The notes under the pieces are model-generated. The model was not told the origin of the DNA and did no database searches. It saw nothing but the letters and a program-made list of their open reading frames with translations. A stretch of 19,184 nucleotides of DNA from an uncultured Clostridia bacterium (GTDB lineage: Bacteria; Bacillota; Clostridia; Christensenellales; Aristaeellaceae). The position numbers and the translations under genes were made by a program. The stretch covers positions 1 through 19,184 of the forward strand of contig CALGBY010000112.1 in NCBI GenBank assembly GCA_937886445.1, given 5' to 3'. This document shows, piece after piece, positions 1 to 6,780 of this stretch (its first letter is position 1; each line of letters begins with the position of its first letter).

Positions 1-181
1 CTGCTCAAAGGGGATTGGGGGCGCTGCCACCAACAAGCAAATAAGGGCCTTTTAGGCATTGCTTGCAAAGAAGAAAGCACTATGCGTACTGCAATTATTG
101 AAATGTTCACATCATATTCATTGAATATCTATATTGATATGTCATGATAGCAATGGCCTAATGCAGAAAGGTGGTGCTTGG

Positions 182-856
182 ATGAAACTGTTGCTGGCTG
201 AAGATGAAGATGCTATGAGAATGGCTATTACGGATGTATTGGCGTTCAACCAATATGAAGTGACTGCCGTGTCAGATGGTGAGGAAGCTTTGGAAATGGC
301 TCAGGGGAATCAATACGACGGGCTGCTTCTGGATATTATGATGCCAAAGCTGGACGGCATCAGTGTACTGAAGACGATTCGCAAGTGTGGCAACCAGGTA
401 CCGGTAATCTTACTGACAGCCCGCGGTGAAGTGGAGGATCGCGTGAGAGGTCTTGATGCCGGAGCAGACGATTATCTGCCAAAGCCGTTTGCCATGACGG
501 AGTTGTTGGCTCGGATCAGGGCCATGTCGAGAAGACCGCAGCTTGCGACACAGTGTCTGTCGGTTGGAAACGTTGTTTTGGATGAAGCAAGGGGGCAATT
601 AATCTGCGGTAACGCGTCAGAATCGCTGAGCCGTATTGAGATTGATCTACTTTCTTATCTTGTGCGCAACAGGGGGATCTACTTTTCTGCAGAAGCATTA
701 CTTGACAAAGTATGGGGTATTGACAGTGATGCCGGCATCGGGACCGTATGGGTCTATATCTCGTATCTAAGAAAAAAACTGGTTTCTGTCGGAGCAAATG
801 CGGAGATACGTTCACGGAGAGGTATCGGTTACACGATTTGGGAGACAAAAACATGA
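182..856 (+). CDS. OmpR/PhoB-family two-component response regulator (receiver domain + winged-helix DNA-binding domain)
   Basis: In ORF 134..856, the ATG at 182 is preceded by AAAGGTGG. The N-terminus MKLLLAEDEDAM...LLLDIMMPKLDG...LTA is a typical receiver domain. The C-terminal ...RSRRGIGYTI is typical of the OmpR winged helix. The stop overlaps the downstream ATG (ATGA at 853-856). Confidence 0.9.
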   Translation: MKLLLAEDEDAMRMAITDVLAFNQYEVTAVSDGEEALEMAQGNQYDGLLLDIMMPKLDGISVLKTIRKCGNQVPVILLTARGEVEDRVRGLDAGADDYLPKPFAMTELLARIRAMSRRPQLATQCLSVGNVVLDEARGQLICGNASESLSRIEIDLLSYLVRNRGIYFSAEALLDKVWGIDSDAGIGTVWVYISYLRKKLVSVGANAEIRSRRGIGYTIWETKT

Positions 857-1076
857 AGCAGATCAGAAGGCGCTTCATTACGTCTGCGATGTCTGCACTC
901 CTTATCCTGCTTGTTCTGATTGTCGGCAGTATCATGATCGTCAGCTATACACAGATGGAACAGCAAGGAGAAGCGTTTATTCAGGAAACGCTCAATGAAC
1001 AGGTATCGTTTTCTGCATTTTCTCCGGATCATGGACCGAGAACCCAGCCTGGTCAGCGTAGAGTACCATCTGGCTA

Positions 1077-1088
1077 TTATGACATAAT
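1077..1088 (+). repeat. attL core (TTATGACATAAT)
   Basis: Exact 12-mer is repeated at 13278..13289. Both copies begin at codon position 3 of the kinase frame. Confidence 0.75.
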
Positions 1089-1102
1089 GTTTCCTAAAGC
1101 TT

Positions 1103-1140
1103 GGGGAAGTGTTGATTTTCAACACTTCCCCTTATTTTTG
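1103..1140 (+). terminator. Rho-independent terminator just inside attL (perfect 13-bp stem, 3-nt loop, T-rich tail)
   Basis: GGGGAAGTGTTGA-TTT-TCAACACTTCCCC (1103..1131) is followed by TTATTTTTG. It also lies just downstream of the int stop on the other strand, where the tail is weaker. Confidence 0.7.
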
Positions 1141-1149
1141 TTACTAACG
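1139..1149 (+). repeat. TGTTACTAACG motif, candidate integrase arm-type site (left arm)
   Basis: The same 11-mer occurs at 13180..13190, with a further TGTTACTA at 13169..13176. It overlaps the int stop codon. Confidence 0.4.
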
Positions 1150-2163
1150 TGTTATTAGTTCAATTGCTTCCTTCAGTTCATCCAGCGTTTTATGGGTATA
1201 AACCCTTTCCCCAACATCCTTTGACTTGTGACCCATCATCAGATCTATGCACTTCTTATTGGCACCAGCAGAATCCAAGCTGGTTCTGAATGTGTGCCGT
1301 GTTTCATGGGGTGTGTGCTGCATCCCAAGATTATTACATGCCTGTGTAAAGTAATCCCTGAAGGTGCCGTCATCCATCGGATCACCGTTTTCATCAGTAA
1401 TCAGATAGGTTGACTTTGGATTGAAACGTGCTTGAACTAATTGAAATATTTTTGAATGGATGGGAACTATCCTGTCTTTTCCGTTTCTTGTTTTAATCCC
1501 ACCGGTCATGGTTCTGTTATTCAGATCAACATGATCTGTTCGTAAGGTTAGAATTTCTGTTATTCGCCAACCGGAATAGATCATGATCAGGATGCAGTCA
1601 ACCCATGGATCAGAAACATGCTTCCAAAGAAGTTCCACTTCTTCATCCGTGAAAGGTTGCCGGTCAGAATCTTCAACCGGTGCTGAAGTGGTCAGCTGGG
1701 AATACATAGTCTGGATCACTTCTATTTCCATTGCAAATCTGTCCAGATATCCCCACAAATTCTTGATGGCTGCTTGTGTTGAATATCCGTGTCCACAATT
1801 ATCAATAGTATCCTGCATCTGAAAAGACCTGATAGTTCTGTACTTCAATTCATCCAGCTTGGTGATGTGCTTGTAAGCGGATTTCAGTGAACCTTGAAGG
1901 GATTTTCCAAGCTTTGGAAGAATTGTTTTAGACCATTTTTCAAACAATTCTTTCAGGGTGATGTTCCGGGTATCCACATCATATGGATTCCGGTTGTAAT
2001 CAGCAAGTGCAATCATTCCTTCCTGCTTTGTTGCATAGTACCCAATGACAAGATAAACGGGGTGACCTTTTTCATTCCAGCCGGTTGTCTTTCTGACTAT
2101 GTAAGGTTTCCGTCTGTTACCGGAAAGCTTGACAACTGATCCATATCCGTTTGGATTTTTCAT
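1144..2163 (-). CDS. int: Tyrosine recombinase / phage-type integrase with AP2-like N-terminal DNA-binding domain
   Basis: 339 aa. The N-terminus GSVVKLSGNRRKPYIVRKT resembles the Integrase_AP2 type. The catalytic region has SGWRITE (Arg), HETRHTF (His-x-x-Arg), MGH and VYTH (Tyr). It lies adjacent to the att site. Confidence 0.9.
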   Translation of the reverse strand: MKNPNGYGSVVKLSGNRRKPYIVRKTTGWNEKGHPVYLVIGYYATKQEGMIALADYNRNPYDVDTRNITLKELFEKWSKTILPKLGKSLQGSLKSAYKHITKLDELKYRTIRSFQMQDTIDNCGHGYSTQAAIKNLWGYLDRFAMEIEVIQTMYSQLTTSAPVEDSDRQPFTDEEVELLWKHVSDPWVDCILIMIYSGWRITEILTLRTDHVDLNNRTMTGGIKTRNGKDRIVPIHSKIFQLVQARFNPKSTYLITDENGDPMDDGTFRDYFTQACNNLGMQHTPHETRHTFRTSLDSAGANKKCIDLMMGHKSKDVGERVYTHKTLDELKEAIELITR

Positions 2164-2280
2164 AAGCGCAAAACCTTCTTTTCATGTTGATACGGAAGGT
2201 TGTTAATCCTTATAAAAGGTGGTAAAATAAGAATTGATAGATACCTTCCATTCTTGGGTGTTTGGTGGGTGTTGGTCTGT

Positions 2281-2307
2281 CCGGGGAGAGGTGGTAGCTC
2301 TCCCCGG
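2281..2307. terminator. GC-rich hairpin between the 168-aa gene and int (10-bp stem, loop GTGGTAG)
   Basis: CCGGGGAGAG-GTGGTAG-CTCTCCCCGG is followed on the plus strand by ATTTTTCAT. There is no T tail on the minus strand, so leftward read-through into int is plausible. Confidence 0.5.
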
Positions 2308-2321
2308 ATTTTTCATATTCG

Positions 2322-2828
2322 TCATTTCAAATCAGAATCTATCAGTTCTGGCTTAATACCATCCAGAATAACAGATATAGCGTTGATGATAGATTTTTCT
2401 TCTGTTTTTAGTGCAATGCTGCGCAATTCATAAACAATCATATTTTCAAGTTCTTTATAAACTGTCATTCCATCAGGATCAGAGATTTTTATCATGTTAT
2501 TGTCAGCTTCAAGTTCTTCTTTCCACTCCAAAATATCTTCAGCTGCAACTTCACTTTCAGGGATTTGGAACAACTGATAAGGAATACCATTTTCGTCTTT
2601 CTTCGCTTCAACCGTTTTAGGTTGAACATGAATTCTCTGACAATTAGGACAAACAAACGCATAGAAAAATATGTTCTCCCCAATAGGAAATACCGTTGTG
2701 TTAAAATTCTTATCAGTTACACTTCTCCGATCAATATACCGTTCTGTTTTCTTCCCAGCATCTGCAACGAACAAATTATCTTCATAGATGTTCATAATTA
2801 AACGTGATCTGGCTTCTTTAATTGTCAT
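2322..2828 (-). CDS. Hypothetical protein (168 aa), no recognisable family
   Basis: ORF 2322..2834. The ATG at 2828 has an AAAGGAAG SD 8 nt upstream. It has a single CPNC motif and an acidic C-terminal half. Confidence 0.6.
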   Translation of the reverse strand: MTIKEARSRLIMNIYEDNLFVADAGKKTERYIDRRSVTDKNFNTTVFPIGENIFFYAFVCPNCQRIHVQPKTVEAKKDENGIPYQLFQIPESEVAAEDILEWKEELEADNNMIKISDPDGMTVYKELENMIVYELRSIALKTEEKSIINAISVILDGIKPELIDSDLK

Positions 2829-2876
2829 TCTCAATTCTTCCTTTCTTTTGATTATTCTTTGTTGATTTCTCTTGTT

Positions 2877-3002
2877 CTGACTACCTGACTATAAAATATA
2901 TATATTCTATATTCTTTCTTATGCGTGAAAAAAAATGAAATCATTTTCTTTTTTCCTTACGCAAAGGGTGAAAAACGGGGTTTCAAGTAGTCAGTTAGTC
3001 AG
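2877..3002. repeat. Candidate replication origin: inverted pairs of 7-mer iterons flanking a 96-bp AT-rich spacer
   Basis: CTGACTA c CTGACTA (2877..2891) and its complement TAGTCAG t TAGTCAG (2988..3002) flank the AT-rich stretch TAAAATATATATATTCTATATTC...GAAAAAAAATGAAATCATTTTCTTTTTT. It lies immediately downstream of the primase-helicase stop. Confidence 0.45.
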
Positions 3003-4989
3003 ATTTGATGAAATACTGACAGCGGACACCTTTGAAGGGTTCCCGCCGTAATTGCTTTGTTGAAAAACCGAACCGCTGTTTTATTCCCCGGCTGAAATCC
3101 TTCTGTTCTTTGGGTTCCAGACCAGAAGCAAAACAGAAGGATTTATAATCTGGATATAATCCGGTTGTTTCAACTCTGATCGGTTGCTTCAACAATTGGA
3201 TTTCATCAATGCTACATTCTTCCAGCCATTGAAGCACCGAATCATTTTCAGTTACGAACTGTTTCAAAATCCGTTCACTTTCTTTGGTGGAAATGAAACC
3301 GTTGTTTTCAATCAATGATTTGTAACCTTCAATAGCCATGTTCAGCAGCGTTGACAAGGATTGATCTGAAAGCAGTTTATCCAGAAGGTCAGGATCATAC
3401 CCTTTCACCTTCTGATTGAAAACCTTGTTGAATTCAAAGATAACCGCTCTTCTTTCAATCCCGTCAAAATCATTTGAAAAATCCGGGAAGTTGTTCATTC
3501 CAAAGATCAGTTTTCCGGTATAGATATAATCCTTGATTGTTTCCCGGTACTTCCTTTCAATGGAAATTGGGTCACCAGAAGAAAGGGATTTGAAAATTTC
3601 AGAGGAAAACACTTTCCCTTTCTTTGCATCTGAAAAGATATTTGCTGTTGTGTTTACCAGCGGAGTTAATCCGAACTTATCACCCATGTTTGAAAACTGA
3701 ACGTGTGAAACATTCCGCTTCCCGCAAAAGCTGGATATCAGATTTAGGGCTGTTGATTTTCCGGTTGACGGTTGACCAATCAAGAAGAAGAATTTCTGAT
3801 ACTTCACATGGTTCATCATCAGATAACCTATCATCTGTTTGAACAGTTCAATTTGCTTGAAATCCCTATTGAACCAACTGAATAGGGTTTCTTGCAACAG
3901 TTCATCAGCGGATTCAGGATCATAAAGGGCATTGAATTGCCTGAAGCTGATCCTTTCCGGGTTGTGGGGTTCAAAGGTGAATTCCCCGTTGTCAAATACC
4001 AGAATTCCGTTTCTAACATTGACCGTGTTATCATCTTCAGGAATTTCTTTCCGGGTGATTCCTTTGATGTGTCGGACAACTTCTTTTTCAAAGTTCCCGT
4101 TCAGCTTTGGTTTCATGGTTGTTAGATATTCCGTGATTCTGGATTCATCAAAGGGAAGATAAACCCCGTTTTCATAATCGTACATTGTCCCGTTGACCGT
4201 CATAAGCTGGAAGTGTTCCGCAACTTCATGCGCTACTTCAGAATGTGAAGGGGCGTTGTCCTTTTGGCTTTCCTTCAGCTTGTTCATGGTCTTTTCATTA
4301 AGGATTTCCGCTTTCAGGGTTTCTTCCGGTATTGGATCAGCGAAAACATAACCGTTCATCAGTTCGATAATCTGAAAAGCCTGTTCCACTGAATAACCTT
4401 TCTTCTGAACAAGATGAAACAGATAAGCCCCGATTTTTTGTGTTCTTTTCCCGGAAGGGAAATCAAGGTCAAAGGGCTTGCTATGTAACCCCTGAAGCGG
4501 AAACAGGAAGAAAGGCAATTCATCTACATCATCATTTTCAAGTGATCCCCGGAAGAATTCCCGCTTTACCCTGTTGATCTGAAGGGGGATATGATCATCA
4601 CTTGTTGGAAACTTCCATTCCATCTTTACCCCAACAGGACAATACCAATTCTGTTTGTTCTTTGCTTCAAGGGCTTCCGGTTTCCTGAAGAACAGGTGTT
4701 TTCCGTGTTCCGTTCTGATTCCGTTGTATTTGATATTCAGACTATCCAGTAGCGCAATAACAGCTTCAGACCGTGGCTTTCCTTTGATTGGTTCATCAAT
4801 TTCCCCGGTCTTGTGGTTGTAATCATCAATATCAACCTTCAGGAATTCAGGCTTATAGGAACAACCGTAACTATCCCATCTTGGATTGACTTTAGGATAA
4901 TACTTTCTTGGTGACTGATTAGGTTCAGGATTCTTAAACCCTGCTGGATGCTTTCCGTTGAATTCGATATACTGAACAATCAAAATCAA
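2995..4989 (-). CDS. Replication protein: primase/polymerase N-terminal region fused to a D5/P4-type superfamily-3 helicase domain
   Basis: 664 aa with Walker A GQPSTGKS and a later hydrophobic-DD/E region (ANIFSDAKKG). The size and layout are typical of phage/plasmid P4-family primases and satellite Pri-Rep proteins. The TTG start overlaps the upstream stop by 4 nt, so the start is uncertain. Confidence 0.85.
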   Translation of the reverse strand: MILIVQYIEFNGKHPAGFKNPEPNQSPRKYYPKVNPRWDSYGCSYKPEFLKVDIDDYNHKTGEIDEPIKGKPRSEAVIALLDSLNIKYNGIRTEHGKHLFFRKPEALEAKNKQNWYCPVGVKMEWKFPTSDDHIPLQINRVKREFFRGSLENDDVDELPFFLFPLQGLHSKPFDLDFPSGKRTQKIGAYLFHLVQKKGYSVEQAFQIIELMNGYVFADPIPEETLKAEILNEKTMNKLKESQKDNAPSHSEVAHEVAEHFQLMTVNGTMYDYENGVYLPFDESRITEYLTTMKPKLNGNFEKEVVRHIKGITRKEIPEDDNTVNVRNGILVFDNGEFTFEPHNPERISFRQFNALYDPESADELLQETLFSWFNRDFKQIELFKQMIGYLMMNHVKYQKFFFLIGQPSTGKSTALNLISSFCGKRNVSHVQFSNMGDKFGLTPLVNTTANIFSDAKKGKVFSSEIFKSLSSGDPISIERKYRETIKDYIYTGKLIFGMNNFPDFSNDFDGIERRAVIFEFNKVFNQKVKGYDPDLLDKLLSDQSLSTLLNMAIEGYKSLIENNGFISTKESERILKQFVTENDSVLQWLEECSIDEIQLLKQPIRVETTGLYPDYKSFCFASGLEPKEQKDFSRGIKQRFGFSTKQLRREPFKGVRCQYFIKSD

Positions 4990-5189
4990 TCACCGCTTTC
5001 ATGTACCAGCTTTTCAACAGGAACCTTCAGAACAGAAGCAATCTTTCCGATTGTGGCGGGTTTTCCTTCTTTTCCGTTCATCAGGTTCCGAAGGGTTGCA
5101 TACTGACACCCGGCCTGTTTGGATACCTGAAGCGGATTCAAGCAAGCGTTTGCCATAGCAAGTTCAAGTTTCTGTTTACTAATTTTCAT
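4986..5189 (-). CDS. Small XRE-family HTH protein (Cro-like; first gene of the leftward replication operon)
   Basis: The ATG at 5189 has a GAAAGGAAAG SD. The 67-aa product contains LQVSKQAGCQYATLRNLMNGKEGKPATIGKIASVLKV, which fits an HTH_3-type fold. The upstream extension to 5261 lacks an SD. Confidence 0.75.
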   Translation of the reverse strand: MKISKQKLELAMANACLNPLQVSKQAGCQYATLRNLMNGKEGKPATIGKIASVLKVPVEKLVHESGD

Positions 5190-5265
5190 TTCAATTCTTT
5201 CCTTTCTCTTTTCGTTCCGTGGTAAGGTACTACGCAAGCAAGGGTTATATGAAATTGACAAGGTT

Positions 5266-5350
5266 CAAAAACCGATTGTGTTTAATCGGTAAAAGTATGA
5301 TAGCAGATTGCTAACTATATGTCAACATCAAAAACAGATAGAAAATAATC
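5266..5350 (-). promoter_or_regulatory. Promoter-operator module copy 1 (leftward): TTGACA-17-TATCAT plus the palindrome ACCGATT-N6-AATCGGT at about +1..+20
   Basis: The -35 is at 5320..5325, the -10 at 5297..5302 and the palindrome at 5271..5290. An A/T-rich UP-like tract lies upstream. An ~85-bp near-identical copy is at 6261..6346. Confidence 0.65.
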
Positions 5351-5359
5351 ATTTCATTA

Positions 5360-5389
5360 TTGCCAATTCATCACAAGATATGGTATTTT
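5360..5389 (+). promoter_or_regulatory. Rightward promoter for the repressor gene (TTGCCA-18-TATTTT with TG extension)
   Basis: TTGCCA is at 5360..5365 and TGgTATTTT at 5381..5389. It is back-to-back with the leftward promoter. Confidence 0.45.
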
Positions 5390-5412
5390 ATTATTTTGTG
5401 GGGGTGGTTACT

Positions 5413-5766
5413 TTGTCATTTGCGGAAAGATTGCGGATGTACCGGAAGCAAGCACACCTAACACAAAAGCAGTTAGGTGAAAAATCTGGTTGTGCTGAAA
5501 TCAATATCAGGCAGTATGAAGCGGGAAAATATACACCGAAACCAGAAGCAGGAAAAAAGATTGCTGATGCTTTGGGGGTTTCTGTTTCTGATCTTTATGG
5601 TTGGGATGAAGGTTCAGCAGCTTTAGCAACGGAAGTTAAAGCCATTGAACAGCGGGAAAAGGATTTGTTGCGGATTTTCCGGGGGTTGAAGTCTGAAGGT
5701 CAGGAAAGGGCAATTGATTATTTAACTGATCTATCAGAAATTCCGAAATACCAAAGAGAAGAATAA
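5413..5766 (+). CDS. XRE-family HTH repressor (CI/Stl-like candidate master repressor), divergent from the cro-like gene
   Basis: LSFAERLRMYRKQAHLTQKQLGEKSGCAEINIRQYEAGKYTPKPEAGKKIADALGVSVSDLYGW is a classic HTH_3. It has a ~55-aa C-terminal extension. The start is taken as TTG 5413 after GGGGGTGG. The ATG at 5380 and the 5308 start lie upstream of the predicted promoter. The start is uncertain (GTG 5398/5404 are possible). Confidence 0.75.
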   Translation: MSFAERLRMYRKQAHLTQKQLGEKSGCAEINIRQYEAGKYTPKPEAGKKIADALGVSVSDLYGWDEGSAALATEVKAIEQREKDLLRIFRGLKSEGQERAIDYLTDLSEIPKYQREE

Positions 5767-5772
5767 AAAACA

Positions 5773-5800
5773 CCCGCTGAAGGTGGTAGGCTTCAGCGGG
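5773..5800. terminator. Bidirectional rho-independent terminator between the convergent repressor and 137-aa genes
   Basis: CCCGCTGAAG-GTGGTAGG-CTTCAGCGGG is preceded by AAAAAACA and followed by TTTCATCGTTT. Confidence 0.7.
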
Positions 5801-5828
5801 TTTCATCGTTTGGGGTTTAAGGTCTGAT

Positions 5829-6242
5829 TCAGGCAGCTTCAACAGCCGTTATCTGAATCGGTTCTGATTTCTTCCCGGTTAGGTTGACCGTGATAACCGC
5901 CCCGAAATCCTTCAGAAGATAGCTGATTGTCTGAAGGGCGGTTTCAAACTGCTTGAAGGAAACGAATTTCAGCCGGGGGAACTTGTCACCTTCCAGAAAC
6001 TTCATGGTTTCAACGGGGAATGAATTGTTCAGGCCATCAATCAGGCTGTTCATGATTTCCGAAACGTGGTAAACATCGAAGCTGTTCATGATCCGGGTTG
6101 CAACCGTCACCATTTCCCCGGATTCATCCACCATCTTCAGAACAAAAACCGGGGTAAGCTTTTCAGAAGCATTAGCCAAAGAAACGGAATACAGAGAAAC
6201 CTTGTGTTCACCATTGGTAAGGGCTGTTTTGATCATCAACAT
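5829..6242 (-). CDS. Hypothetical protein (137 aa), no recognisable family
   Basis: The ATG at 6242 has a GAAGGAAGG SD 8 nt upstream. It is driven by promoter-operator copy 2. It forms a monocistronic unit ending at the 5773..5800 terminator. Confidence 0.65.
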   Translation of the reverse strand: MLMIKTALTNGEHKVSLYSVSLANASEKLTPVFVLKMVDESGEMVTVATRIMNSFDVYHVSEIMNSLIDGLNNSFPVETMKFLEGDKFPRLKFVSFKQFETALQTISYLLKDFGAVITVNLTGKKSEPIQITAVEAA

Positions 6243-6260
6243 GATAGATACCTTCCTTCT

Positions 6261-6346
6261 CAAAATTCCGATTGCTTTCAATCGGTAAATGTATGATAAC
6301 AGATTGCAAACTATATGTCAACATCAAAAACAGATAGAAAATAATC
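6261..6346 (-). promoter_or_regulatory. Promoter-operator module copy 2 (leftward): TTGACA-17-TATCAT plus CCGATT-N6-AATCGG
   Basis: The -35 is at 6316..6321, the -10 at 6293..6298 and the palindrome at 6268..6285. In the 67-bp core (6280..6346 vs 5284..5350) I count 3 mismatches. Confidence 0.65.
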
Positions 6347-6354
6347 TGTTTTCC

Positions 6355-6384
6355 TTGCGTTTTCCCTTCAAATCATGTTATAAT
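6355..6384 (+). promoter_or_regulatory. Rightward promoter of small-ORF cassette A (TTGCGT-18-TATAAT with TG extension)
   Basis: TTGCGT is at 6355..6360 and TGtTATAAT at 6376..6384. Geometry relative to the duplicated module matches that of the repressor promoter in copy 1. Confidence 0.55.
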
Positions 6385-6390
6385 TAGTAA

Positions 6391-6488
6391 AAGTCGATTG
6401 TTCCCCCCCTTTTAGGCAGCGGGAAACAATGTGTGCTTCCAAAGCAATTTCACCCCTGTTGATTCGGCATAGCAACAGGGGGCTTTTT
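6391..6488 (+). ncRNA. Candidate ~95-nt structured leader or small RNA (two hairpins; the second is an intrinsic terminator)
   Basis: Hairpin 1 spans about 6397..6430 (ATTGTT..CCC / GGG.AACAAT). Hairpin 2 is CCCCTGTTG-N11-CAACAGGGG (6453..6481) followed by GCTTTTT. It lies between the promoter and the RBS of ORF A. Confidence 0.35.
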
Positions 6489-6514
6489 CATAAGATCAGA
6501 AAGGAAGGGTTGTC

Positions 6515-6658
6515 ATGATCCCGGAATGGTTTGAAGAATGGGTGATTTTGGAAACTGATAATTGGTACCTGAAACCGGATGCACCAAAGGAAATTCAGGA
6601 AGAATTTTCCCGCTGGATGAAAGAGCATGAAGGAAACGAAAATCTGATTGTGGATTGA
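6515..6658 (+). CDS. Small Trp-rich acidic protein A (47 aa), unknown function; paralog of 12627..12773
   Basis: It is below the ORF-track cutoff. The ATG at 6515 has an AAAGGAAGG SD. The product is MIPEWFEEWVILETDNWYLKPDAPKEIQEEFSRWMKEHEGNENLIVD. It is about 50% identical to a second copy on the opposite strand, which argues for real coding. Confidence 0.55.
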   Translation: MIPEWFEEWVILETDNWYLKPDAPKEIQEEFSRWMKEHEGNENLIVD

Positions 6659-6681
6659 CGATAATAACGGGTTAGTAACAG

Positions 6682-6724
6682 AAAAACCGGATTGATGTTA
6701 AAAACAAAGCATCCTTCCGGTTTT
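6682..6724. terminator. Bidirectional terminator shared by ORF A (+) and terS (-)
   Basis: The stem CCGGATTGATG...CATCCTTCCGG (6687..6720, 2-nt internal mismatch) is flanked by AAAAA upstream and TTTT downstream. Confidence 0.65.
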
Positions 6725-6780
6725 ATATAATATGCTGTAATGTTTGCTCAACCGTTTCCTCTAAATGAAGTTGACAAAAA

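Larger units (their letters stand above)
853..1158 (+). pseudogene. 5' fragment of the sensor histidine kinase gene (TM1 and start of the extracytoplasmic domain), truncated by element insertion; codons after 1088 are element-derived
   Basis: The ATG at 853 is translationally coupled to the regulator. MKQIRRRFITSAMSALLILLVLIVGSIMIV is an N-terminal TM helix. The frame runs into the inserted DNA and stops at 1156-1158, with no HisKA or ATPase domain. The missing domains are found in the same phase at 13290..14268. Confidence 0.8.

Noticed and set aside
30-75. The inverted repeat CAAGCAA...TTGCTTG near the window start as a terminator of an upstream gene.
   Set aside because: The stem is short, the loop is long and no T tract follows. 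There is too little context at the window edge to support a call.
748-852. An upstream extension of the kinase ORF (track start 748) and the overlapping ORFs 798..998 and 829..1125.
   Set aside because: The extension lies entirely inside the response-regulator gene. The ATG at 853 forms the standard ATGA coupling with the regulator stop and begins a proper signal-anchor sequence.
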